Shown: one piece after another, positions 20,798-28,979 of the stretch
Layout: the number at the start of each line of letters is the position of its first letter
How positions within the stretch are numbered: the first letter of the stretch is position 1
Assembly: GCA_030615505.1 (NCBI GenBank)
Contig: JAUWZD010000007.1
Location: forward strand, 4,702 to 68,701
Origin: Spirochaetales bacterium
GTDB lineage: Bacteria > Spirochaetota > Spirochaetia > SZUA-6 > DRHE01
Length of the DNA stretch: 64,000 nt
Direction: 5' to 3'
Translations under genes and position numbers: made by a program
The notes under the pieces: model-generated
Database searches by the model: none
What the model saw: the letters and a program-made list of their open reading frames with translations, nothing else
What the model was told of the DNA's origin: nothing

Positions 20798-21165
20798 TTC
20801 CTGATTCCGGACAGGCCCAGATTGTACAGCCGGCCTATCAGCTCGAAGGCCGGAAGGGCGCTGACCAGCAGCGGAATATTCTCTTCCCTGGCCTTCTGGA
20901 GGGTATCTGCTTCGGGCTCACGCCCGTTGACCAGGACTATTCCAGCCAACCCTTTCATGCTCGCTACGGCGACGGTGTTCTGGTGCGTTTGCAGAGTCAC
21001 CCACAGGTCCCCTTCCTCAGCGTTAGCTATCACATCGCTGATCAGATCGCTGGCGTATCCCCCCTGCACCTCGTTCGAGAGTGAACCATTGCCGGCCTTC
21101 ACTTCAAGCTTAAGCCTTTTTGTGATCTCACTCAGATCCATCTTCGTTCCCCACCAGAATCTCAA
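20794..21165 (-). CDS. DRTGG domain protein
   Basis: ASDLISDVIANAEEGDLWVTLQTHQNTVAVASMKGLAGIVLVNG matches the DRTGG domain pattern. Paralogous to 22074..22478. Confidence 0.6.
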   Translation of the reverse strand: MRFWWGTKMDLSEITKRLKLEVKAGNGSLSNEVQGGYASDLISDVIANAEEGDLWVTLQTHQNTVAVASMKGLAGIVLVNGREPEADTLQKAREENIPLLVSALPAFELIGRLYNLGLSGIRK

Positions 21166-22117
21166 CTTTTAGCCTCGTCCCTTTGCCTACAGTTGAGCTA
21201 AGGTTCATTCTGTCAGAACACTTCTGTATATTGTGAAGGCCCATTCCTGCACCAAATCCGAGCTCCCTCACCCACTCCGGGGCTGTGGAGAAGCCCGGCT
21301 TAAGGGCCTGATCGATATCCGGAATCCCGGGGCCATCATCCTCCACCTCGATCTGGATAATTTCAGGCTCGATCTTCGTCTTTATTTTTCCGCCATTGGT
21401 GAAAAATATTAGATTCATCTCCGCCTCGTAGGTGGCAATGGCGGCTCGGCGTGTGATCTGGGGGGATATTCCCAGCCGCAGAAGGGTGGTTTTTAGACCG
21501 CCGGCGCTGTTGCCTGCCCGGCTGAAATCCCCTCCGCTCACCTGGTACTCAAAGATCAGCGCGCTCTTGTCGGCAACTATATCCTCGAAGATATGGCTCG
21601 ACCTGGTGCTGTGTATCTCCGCCTGGCGGTAACCGATATCTAACTTTTTAAGCAGTCCCCCGATAATGTCGCCCTTGGTGATCACCCCGGTCAGCTTTCC
21701 GATCCCCCTGGCGAGTACCGGCAGTCGGCCGAAGCCGAACCGCTCAAGATTGTTGAACGCCTGGATGAGGGGTTCATCCTCAAAAACGCTGATGACCTTT
21801 CTGGTCATTCGATCAACTACGGCACAGTCAGGCCCACCGTCATATAGCCACCTGATGAAATCCTCCAGGCTGATGATACCTACCAATCGTCCTTCCTCGA
21901 CTACTGGTGTACCGGAGATGCGATTATCTCGCAAGACTGCCCGTAGATCGCTCATCTGGGTTGAAGGGATGACTTTGATAACCCCCCTCTTCATCACATC
22001 GCCGACCCGGAGCTCATAAACGAGCTCCTGAATCTTGGTTATTTCTCTTTCTATCAATGGGAGTTTACCCTCCTTATCTAGCCCCGACGGCCAGGCCCTT
22101 TGAGTACAGCCGGCCAC
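21128..22117 (-). CDS. CBS-pair plus GHKL ATPase domain protein
   Basis: Two CBS-like segments (VMKRGVIKVIPSTQMSDL...; VDRMTRKVISVFEDEPL...), then IEVEDDGPGIPD...GFGAGMGLHNIQ (HATPase_c). Confidence 0.7.
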   Translation of the reverse strand: MAGCTQRAWPSGLDKEGKLPLIEREITKIQELVYELRVGDVMKRGVIKVIPSTQMSDLRAVLRDNRISGTPVVEEGRLVGIISLEDFIRWLYDGGPDCAVVDRMTRKVISVFEDEPLIQAFNNLERFGFGRLPVLARGIGKLTGVITKGDIIGGLLKKLDIGYRQAEIHSTRSSHIFEDIVADKSALIFEYQVSGGDFSRAGNSAGGLKTTLLRLGISPQITRRAAIATYEAEMNLIFFTNGGKIKTKIEPEIIQIEVEDDGPGIPDIDQALKPGFSTAPEWVRELGFGAGMGLHNIQKCSDRMNLSSTVGKGTRLKVEILVGNEDGSE

Positions 22118-22478
22118 AAGATTCGTACATCAACAGTTGCGTAACGAACAGCGGCATCCCCTTCTCCTTAGCCAGCGTGATTGTTTCCGGCTGGGGTTTC
22201 TTACCACGGACGAAGCATATAGCGGTTAAATCCAATATTTCGGCCGTGCGTATCACCTGCGAATTGGTCAATCCGGTCAAGAGCAGAGAACCTGGAGTGC
22301 AGCAGGTCAGCATATCGCTTATGAGGTCGCTGGCGTGGCCTGAGCTGACCTCCTGGTCGCCGCAGTCGGTGTTCCAGACCAACTCCGCTTGGAGAACCTG
22401 CTGAACGTCTTGCAGCTTCACTGCACCGTTACCGCCTCGGACCTGCAAACGTCTCGGCAAACGCCGCACTTGATGCAC
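22074..22478 (-). CDS. DRTGG domain protein (start uncertain; ORF overlaps the NuoF-like gene by ~60 nt)
   Basis: HASDLISDMLTCCTPGSLLLTGLTNSQVIRTAEILDLTAICFVRG; paralog of 20794..21165. Confidence 0.55.
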   Translation of the reverse strand: MHQVRRLPRRLQVRGGNGAVKLQDVQQVLQAELVWNTDCGDQEVSSGHASDLISDMLTCCTPGSLLLTGLTNSQVIRTAEILDLTAICFVRGKKPQPETITLAKEKGMPLFVTQLLMYESCGRLYSKGLAVGAR

Positions 22479-24211
22479 TTCTCCTGATCAATGGTCTGCG
22501 GTTTCCCCTTCTCGCCCGAGATCGCCTGCTGCGGGCAATTCTTTACACAGAGCAGGCAGGCATTGCACTTCTCCGCATCGATGGTATACGTTATCAGAGC
22601 CCTGCAGACACCTGCCGGACAGCGCTGCTCATTGATATGCGTCTCGTACTCATCCTTGAAGTAACGCAAGGTGCTCAATACCGGGTTCGAAGCCGTAGCG
22701 CCCAACTGGCAAAGGGAGCCGTCCTTTACCGCCTGGCTCAATTCCTCGAGCAGCTGGATATCCCCCTGATTGCCCTTGCCATCGCAGATATCTGTAACGA
22801 TCCGATACATGGCATCCACTCCCTCGCGGCAGGCGGTGCACTTTCCGCAAGACTCGCTCCGCAAGAACTCGAGGAAGTATCTGGCCACATCGACCATGCA
22901 GTTATCCTCATCCATCACAATCATCCCGCCCGAGCCCATCATCGAGCCGACCTCGGTCAGGCGCTCGTAGTCTATCGGTAGGTCCAGGAGGGACGCCGGG
23001 ATACATCCACCTGAGGGTCCTCCCGTCTGCACAGCCTTGAAGGCCTTGCCGTTCTCCATCCCGCCGCCGATATCGAAGATGATCTCTCGCAGCGTGATAC
23101 CCATTGGGACCTCAACCAGGCCGGTGTTCCTCACCTTGCCAACCAGTGCGAAGACCTTGGTTCCCTTGCTGGTCTCCGTGCCGATCTGTGAGAACCACCC
23201 TGCTCCCCGCTTGATAATCTCGGGGACGATTGCCAGTGTCTCCACATTATTGAGAACCGTCGGCTTCTCCCATAGTCCTTTCTCGGTAGCGTGAACTTGC
23301 TTCGAGAACGGCTCCGGCGGATCTCCCTGAATCGAGGCTCTCAGGGCACTGGACTCACCGCAGACAAACGCCCCAGCGCCCCTGAACACGGATATATCAA
23401 AGTCAAATCCTGTCCCCAGAATGTCATGGCCCAGGAGGCCGTATTCCATGGCCTGCTTGATGGCCAGGTTCAGCCGTTGCAGTGCCAGGGGGTACTCCGT
23501 GCGGATGTAAATGTAGCCCTGGCCGGCGCCTACTGCCTTGCCTGCGATAGCCATACCTTCGAGTACGGAGTGAGGATCACTTTCTATTATGCTTCTATCC
23601 ATAAAAGCGCCGGGATCGCCTTCGTCGGCATTACATATGATATATTTTTCCTTGCTGTGATGACTTGCAGCTGATTCCCATTTCCTCCCGGTGGGGAAGC
23701 CGGCGCCCCCCCGCCCGCGGAGACCGGAATCCTTGACAGTCTGGATGATCTCCTGGCTGGTCATTGAGGTGAGGGCCCTGGCCAGCGCCCGGTAGCCTCC
23801 TCGGGCAATTGCTTCCTCGATCTTCTCAGGGTCGATCATTCCGCGATTGCGCAGGGCGATCAGCCGCTGCTTCTCGAAGAAATCAATCTCACTCATCTTC
23901 GGGACCGGCGCTTTCTCAAGCGAAGGAGTGTACATGAGCCGCTTGACCGGACGCCCTTTCAAGAAGTGCTCCTCGACCAGGTGGGGAATATCCTTCTCGG
24001 AAAGAAGCTGGTAAAAGATATTGTCCGGCTGGACGACCATTACCGGGCCCTGGGCGCAGAATCCGTTGCAGCCGGTCATGACAACGGCGATCTCATCCTG
24101 TAGCTCATGCTTTCCCAACTCCTGTTCAAGGTCGGCTTTAATCCGAAAGGACCCGTTCGAGACACAACCGGTTCCGGCACAGAGCATTAGATGCATCCGG
24201 GACTTTTTCAT
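22418..24211 (-). CDS. NuoF/HydB-like NADH-binding FMN flavoprotein with N-terminal thioredoxin-like [2Fe-2S] and C-terminal 2x[4Fe-4S] (bifurcating-hydrogenase beta-subunit type)
   Basis: GRGGAGFPTGRKWE (FMN/NADH site), ESCGKCTACREG (NuoF 4Fe-4S), N-terminus CAGTGC...CNGFCAQGP, C-terminus CNACLLCVKNCP / CIKCGVCRDVC. Confidence 0.9.
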   Translation of the reverse strand: MKKSRMHLMLCAGTGCVSNGSFRIKADLEQELGKHELQDEIAVVMTGCNGFCAQGPVMVVQPDNIFYQLLSEKDIPHLVEEHFLKGRPVKRLMYTPSLEKAPVPKMSEIDFFEKQRLIALRNRGMIDPEKIEEAIARGGYRALARALTSMTSQEIIQTVKDSGLRGRGGAGFPTGRKWESAASHHSKEKYIICNADEGDPGAFMDRSIIESDPHSVLEGMAIAGKAVGAGQGYIYIRTEYPLALQRLNLAIKQAMEYGLLGHDILGTGFDFDISVFRGAGAFVCGESSALRASIQGDPPEPFSKQVHATEKGLWEKPTVLNNVETLAIVPEIIKRGAGWFSQIGTETSKGTKVFALVGKVRNTGLVEVPMGITLREIIFDIGGGMENGKAFKAVQTGGPSGGCIPASLLDLPIDYERLTEVGSMMGSGGMIVMDEDNCMVDVARYFLEFLRSESCGKCTACREGVDAMYRIVTDICDGKGNQGDIQLLEELSQAVKDGSLCQLGATASNPVLSTLRYFKDEYETHINEQRCPAGVCRALITYTIDAEKCNACLLCVKNCPQQAISGEKGKPQTIDQEKCIKCGVCRDVCRSEAVTVQ

Positions 24212-24597
24212 AGCGCCTGCTCACTGCCAATGGCCAGGGCGTAATCGGCAACGATCTTGCCGCCCATAACGTGCTCTGTAAATATCTTATTCACCTTCTC
24301 CTCTGTGAGATCTATATATTTAACCGGGGCTTGCCCTTCAAGCTCGACGGTCATCATTGGCTCCTTGCTGCACAAGCCTGCGCAACCGGAGCTAGTGATG
24401 ATAATATCGCCAGTATCGAGCTCGCTAACGCATTCGATCACGGCAGACATTATTTTACGCGCCCCGGCAGATATCCCGCAGGTCCCCATGTGGATAGTAA
24501 TCTTGGCCCGCCCCGATCCTTCGCGCAGAGACATCACCTTTTTCATACGCTCGGTAATCTTGTCAAGATCCTCTGGTCGCAGCTTAGCCATTTTCAC
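24208..24597 (-). CDS. Thioredoxin-like [2Fe-2S] ferredoxin (HndB/NuoE-like small subunit)
   Basis: ITIHMGTCGISAGARK...SSGCAGLCSKEP. 129 aa, typical small subunit of NADH-dependent hydrogenase/FDH modules. Confidence 0.7.
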   Translation of the reverse strand: MKMAKLRPEDLDKITERMKKVMSLREGSGRAKITIHMGTCGISAGARKIMSAVIECVSELDTGDIIITSSGCAGLCSKEPMMTVELEGQAPVKYIDLTEEKVNKIFTEHVMGGKIVADYALAIGSEQAL

Positions 24598-24605
24598 TTC
24601 CTTCG

Positions 24606-25505
24606 CTAGGCAGGATATTTGTCCAGCGCCTTAACTATCTTTTGCGGGGTAATTTTGCCGTAAACATCTTCATCGATGGTCACTACTGGTGCCAGGCCGC
24701 AGCAGCCCAGACAGCGCACAGCTTCCAGCGTAAAGCGTCTATCCCCGGTTGTTCTGCCGGCTTGAACATCAAGCTCCCGCTCAAGGCTTTCCAGAATCCG
24801 CGAGCCTCCCTTAACATGGCAGGCGGTCCCCAAACACACCCTGATGATATGCTCGCCCCGGGGCTCGAGGCTGAACACGTTGTAGAATGTAGCGATACGC
24901 AAGACCCGTGATAGAGGTATTCCAACGGCCTCGGATACATGCCGCATCGCGCCAGGCGGGAGCCACTTGTACCTGGCGTTAATGTCCTGAAGGATAGGGA
25001 GAACCGATCCCCTTTCTCCCTCATGTTCGGCGAGGATTCGGTTCACCTCGCTGAGCTCGCCGGGAGTGAGCTCCAGCGGCTCCGGTTCCGCGGGTTCAAC
25101 ATAGGCCCTGTTCCTCACCAAACAGTTCGCCATGCACTCTCCGCAGCCTGTGCATTGATCAGCTTTTACCGAGCGAGCCTTTTTCCTGACGCGGACTTTG
25201 AAGGCCCCAGGTTCTCCCTCTATGCTTTCAACTTCTGAGTAGGTAAGCTTCTCAATGTTTATGTGGCTCCCGCACTCTACCATTCTTGGTGCAAGTGTGC
25301 ACATTGCACAGTCATTGGTTGGAAAGGTCTTGTCGAGCTGGGACATGACCCCGCCGATAGCGGGACTTCTTTCCACCAAATAGACCTTAAACCCTGCATT
25401 TGCCAGGTCTAAAGATGCCTGCATACCTCCGATGCCTGCCCCCACAACCAGGACTGAACCCACCTTGTTATTACTACCCTGACTACTCAAAGCCATAGCC
25501 TCCAC
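24606..25505 (-). CDS. Fusion protein: HdrA N-terminal FAD-binding segment joined to a NuoE-like [2Fe-2S] domain; first gene of the operon
   Basis: Residues 1..~130 (VLVVGAGIGGMQASLDLANAGFKVYLVERSPAIGGVMSQLDKTFPTNDCAMC...CTGCGECMANC) run parallel to the first ~130 aa of both HdrL genes. The remainder (LPILQDINARYKWLP...RVCLGTACHVKG...CLGCCGLAPVV) is a NuoE/24-kDa-subunit fold. Confidence 0.8.
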   Translation of the reverse strand: MEAMALSSQGSNNKVGSVLVVGAGIGGMQASLDLANAGFKVYLVERSPAIGGVMSQLDKTFPTNDCAMCTLAPRMVECGSHINIEKLTYSEVESIEGEPGAFKVRVRKKARSVKADQCTGCGECMANCLVRNRAYVEPAEPEPLELTPGELSEVNRILAEHEGERGSVLPILQDINARYKWLPPGAMRHVSEAVGIPLSRVLRIATFYNVFSLEPRGEHIIRVCLGTACHVKGGSRILESLERELDVQAGRTTGDRRFTLEAVRCLGCCGLAPVVTIDEDVYGKITPQKIVKALDKYPA

Positions 25506-25610
25506 GCCCTGTTTCGCTATTACAATTATTCTGATTCAACCAAGGAACTCTGTCAATCAGAATCGTCCATTTTTTCACGGAAAGATCGATCCTTAGTGTA
25601 GCTGATTCTA

Positions 25611-26420
25611 TTACTCATTGCTGCGTTTGCGCCTGCCCCAGGCTATTTTTGAAATCCAGATACTAATCTCATACAATATAATTACTGGAATCGCCAGCAT
25701 AAACTGGGTAAATATATCCGGGGGTGTTAGAATAGCTGATAATATAAACATCAGAAGAATAGCGTATTTTCTTTTTTGAGCTAAGAACTTGGGTGTAACA
25801 AGTCCTATTCTGGTGAGAAAGAGAATTACTAAGGGTAACTCAAAAATCAGTCCAAAGACTGATATTAATAATATAATTATAGATGTATACTTACTGATGG
25901 TAAACATCGGTTTTAAGCCGCTACTGACACTTATCAGAAAGTACAATCCTGCCGGAGACATAATAAAATATGCAAATAGAGCTCCCGCTGCAAATAGAAG
26001 AAAAGATATTGGAAAATAAATAAAGATAATCCTGCGTTCCTTTTTCTCCAGTCCTACTGAAATAAACTTCCATATTTGATAGATAATAAATGGCAGTACT
26101 ATTATAATCCCACTAAAAAATGATACCTTTAATTTTACTATAAAACCTTCAGATGGTCCTATGTAGTGTAAGTCGAATTCCGGATTTTGCAATTTGGCCC
26201 TGACTGATTTAACTAATTCTAAAAAGGGACTGCCCAAAGCAAAGGGATTATCTTTTTTTCCGCTTAAGGCATCCAGGGGGCCGCGTATGATATCCAGGAT
26301 TAAAATATCATAACATAAATAACTGACAATCATTCCAATCACGACAGCCACAAGGCAGAATATTATCCTCATCCTCAACTCACCGAGGTGCTCAAGTAAT
26401 GATTTTTCTTCGTCTATCAA
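25611..26420 (-). CDS. tatC: Twin-arginine translocase subunit TatC (TTG start)
   Basis: LLEHLGELRMRIIF at the N-terminus, six hydrophobic helices, ILTPPD motif. RBS GGGGAG 6 nt upstream of the TTG. Confidence 0.9.
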   Translation of the reverse strand: MIDEEKSLLEHLGELRMRIIFCLVAVVIGMIVSYLCYDILILDIIRGPLDALSGKKDNPFALGSPFLELVKSVRAKLQNPEFDLHYIGPSEGFIVKLKVSFFSGIIIVLPFIIYQIWKFISVGLEKKERRIIFIYFPISFLLFAAGALFAYFIMSPAGLYFLISVSSGLKPMFTISKYTSIIILLISVFGLIFELPLVILFLTRIGLVTPKFLAQKRKYAILLMFILSAILTPPDIFTQFMLAIPVIILYEISIWISKIAWGRRKRSNE

Positions 26421-26425
26421 AGTAA
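26221..26425. repeat. Direct repeat copy A (~205 bp): tatC 5' end plus start region; partner at 37087..37290
   Basis: Visual alignment of 26221..26425 with 37087..37290 shows ~94% identity (about 12 substitutions). Confidence 0.85.
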
Positions 26426-26509
26426 TCTCCCCATGTATGGAATCTGCAAAGTCTTAAGGTAAGCCGATAACAATATTTATCAGACAAGTAAAAATGTCAA
26501 GTATAAATT

Positions 26510-27568
26510 AAAATGATTATCCGGTTCCCTAAGGTTCTTCCTTCAAAATAAAGAGATAGGATGCAACCATCCTGTAAGCTTACCTGAAGCATATAAATCC
26601 TCATAAGTTGGTCCACATTTTTGACTTGCCAATCCCAAGATTGTCTGGAAAGCTGCCATGGGAGTTCTTCGCCTATTATGTCGAAAGACAAACTCATTCA
26701 AGTATGCTTGCAAGTGCTTTCCACTTACTCCGTGATGTGTGCCTTCGAGCCAAACCTTCAAATTGCCTATGGTGCGGTGAATGTGCTCAAGTTCCTTAAT
26801 ACTAACAACTTCATGTATATAGCCTGCCTTATTCAAACCGTCATAACCAGACCAATCATCTGTATAAACTAACGAACCAGGTTCTACATTGCCTTCAACA
26901 AATCCAATAAGAGTTTCACCTGAAACATCAGGGATAACATTTAACCTTAGACGCCCAACACGTTTCTTCTTTGTTGGTTCATCGATAACTTCTATCGCAC
27001 CAGCAACAATTGTTTTTCCTGACACTCCACGACCTCGTTTTCCCGCTTTTGAGGCCCCAATATATGTTTCGTCGACTTCTATAACACTGTGGATTCTATC
27101 ACGATCTGGACGTACCATCGCTGCACGGAGCTTGTGCAGAATTTGATAAGCTGTTTCATATCGATTTATGCTAAGCTGTTTCTGGAACTGAAGAGCTGAA
27201 AAACCTGGTGTATGAGTGGCAACAAGATAAGCACCCCAGAACCATATCACTAATGAAGTTCTTGTACCATGCATGACAGTTCCTGCCGTAATGCTAGTTT
27301 GATTCCCACATTCCGAACATTCAAGTCTACGATAGGTTTCTATATTGTAAGGATCAGCATTAATCTTACATTTAGGGCAAATAAACCCATTGGGCCAACG
27401 GCATTTATAAAGGTAGTCTATGCAAGTTTTTTCGTCAGGAAACCAATGTTGAAATTCAAGGAGTGTTTTCGGAAATGGAATTTTACCTCGCTCATGTCCA
27501 TTCTTGATTTTTTGCACAAATATTATGCTACTTCAGATCACTTCCTTAGTAAACCGGATAATCATTTT
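26510..27568. mobile_element. IS1595-family insertion sequence (ISXO2-like transposase) with ~25-bp imperfect terminal inverted repeats
   Basis: IRs aaaatgattatccggttccctaagg (26510..26534) and ccttagtaaaccggataatcatttt (27544..27568), 2 mismatches. A single transposase ORF lies inside. Confidence 0.75.
26543..27517 (-). CDS. IS1595-family (ISXO2-like) transposase with N-terminal zinc-ribbon
   Basis: CIDYLYKCRWPNGFICPKCK...CSECGNQTSITAGTVMHG (zinc ribbon), then DETYIG...TDDWSGY...YLNEFVFRHNRR, the ISXO2-like DDE domain. Confidence 0.85.
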   Translation of the reverse strand: MQKIKNGHERGKIPFPKTLLEFQHWFPDEKTCIDYLYKCRWPNGFICPKCKINADPYNIETYRRLECSECGNQTSITAGTVMHGTRTSLVIWFWGAYLVATHTPGFSALQFQKQLSINRYETAYQILHKLRAAMVRPDRDRIHSVIEVDETYIGASKAGKRGRGVSGKTIVAGAIEVIDEPTKKKRVGRLRLNVIPDVSGETLIGFVEGNVEPGSLVYTDDWSGYDGLNKAGYIHEVVSIKELEHIHRTIGNLKVWLEGTHHGVSGKHLQAYLNEFVFRHNRRRTPMAAFQTILGLASQKCGPTYEDLYASGKLTGWLHPISLF

Positions 27569-27689
27569 TTTTATTTTATAGCACTTCTTGCCAATATATG
27601 TTTTAAAGAGAGGGTTGGTATAATTCTAAACGCAACTCTTTTTACCATCCTTCTGATTTTTACAGTAAATCCCCGCAAAATTGTCAATT

Positions 27690-28283
27690 TCTCCCAGAAA
27701 TTGCGTATGAAGAATCTCCTCCCATCAGGAGAGTTTATCAGTGAAGTTTACACCCCTTATCAACATATCCTTTTAGGCGCACTTCCCTCTCAGATGGTTG
27801 TCCTTTCCAACGGAGAGATTATCAATAGCATTCCTGAGGTTGTAGATGCCGATAAGGATAGCGCTCTCTTCGTATCTGGAGCTAATTTACCGTAAAAAGT
27901 ACTTATTTTGGGAATTGGCTCAGAAAATTTAATCCGTTCTCTTTTAAAATTCCCCATAAAAAATATAACTTATTGTTCGGAGGATCAGATTTACTATGAT
28001 GAAGTTCAACGAAACCTCCCCTTCGGAATTAAAAAAGAGTTTCCAAGACAGCCGGTTAGAAATTGTTTTCCGTTCTCCTCGGTTATTTTTAAAAGAAAAT
28101 GCATCTCCTGGAAACAGTAGCCAGAAAAAGTTTGACCTGGTCATAGTTAATACCCCTGATCCTTCCAATCTAATAATAAATAATCTTTTTACTCAGGAGT
28201 TTTATTCCCTCCTAAAGGAGAATTTGAAAGACAGGGGAGTTCTGGGCACCCGCATAACATCAGCAGAGAATTATATTGGTTAA
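27690..28283 (+). pseudogene. Spermidine-synthase-like (aminopropyltransferase fold) gene with at least two frameshifts; may originally have continued into the TM segment at 28563..28979
   Basis: Fragments in three frames: EVYTPYQHILLGA...LSNGEIINS...DADKDSALF (27269..27895 ORF tail); MGIGSENLIRSLLKFP...SEDQIYYDEVQ (27908..28120); FDLVIVNTPDPSNLIINNLFTQEFYSLLKENLKDRGVL (27996..28283). AT-rich. Confidence 0.5.
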
Positions 28284-28562
28284 GAAATCAGAAATTATGG
28301 TTCCTGCCTTTATTATACTTTAAAAGAGGTATTCCCTAAAATTGTCATCGTGCCGGGGAAAATAAACTGGTTTTTCGCCGGAGCTAACGATTCTTCTTTA
28401 ACAGAGGATGCATCCGTTTTGGAATCGCGGTTTAAAAAATTGGCTCCTTTTGTTTAAGAGAGGTAAATTCCTGAACCGTGATGCACATCCTTTAACTTTC
28501 TTCCTTAATCTTCTTGTCATGGCACGCTATTCCAGCTCATCGGTTTAATCAATTCCCTCTTT

Positions 28563-28979
28563 ATGCTTGGATTATGTATAGGGGGCTTTTGGGAAAAGTC
28601 TTTTATAAAGAGTTTTCCCATCCTAAAAACAATAGTTTCCATATTATCTATTCAATCAATATTGATTCTCATTGCTTACCCAATTTTTAATCAGCTAAAT
28701 CTTGTCCCTCAAGCACTATTTATTCTTTTTATCGTTTTTTTCTTAATTTCTGGAATCTTAACAGGAAGCTCTTATCCTCTTTGTGCCCAACTGCTTCAGT
28801 ATAATAATATTTCATTGTTAAATACTGCAGTAAATTTAGAACTCCTCGACCACTGGGGAGGTTCATTGGCAGGATTAATAACAGGATTGTTCATGCTGCC
28901 CCTCTTAGGAGTATTTAATACTCTACTCGTTCTGTTTTTTGTTTGCTTTACTTTATTAGTGCTTTTTTTATGGAAGTAA
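28563..28979 (+). CDS. Hydrophobic membrane protein (3-4 predicted TM helices); possibly a remnant C-terminal segment of the disrupted upstream gene
   Basis: 138-aa ORF made almost entirely of hydrophobic helices; no catalytic motifs. Confidence 0.3.
   Translation: MLGLCIGGFWEKSFIKSFPILKTIVSILSIQSILILIAYPIFNQLNLVPQALFILFIVFFLISGILTGSSYPLCAQLLQYNNISLLNTAVNLELLDHWGGSLAGLITGLFMLPLLGVFNTLLVLFFVCFTLLVLFLWK

Noticed and set aside
25506-25610. Possible sigma-70 promoter (TTGACA ... cagaat) between tatC and the first operon gene on the minus strand
   Set aside because: The -10 match is weak and the spacing ambiguous. Transcription from a tatC read-through is equally plausible, so no promoter feature was called.
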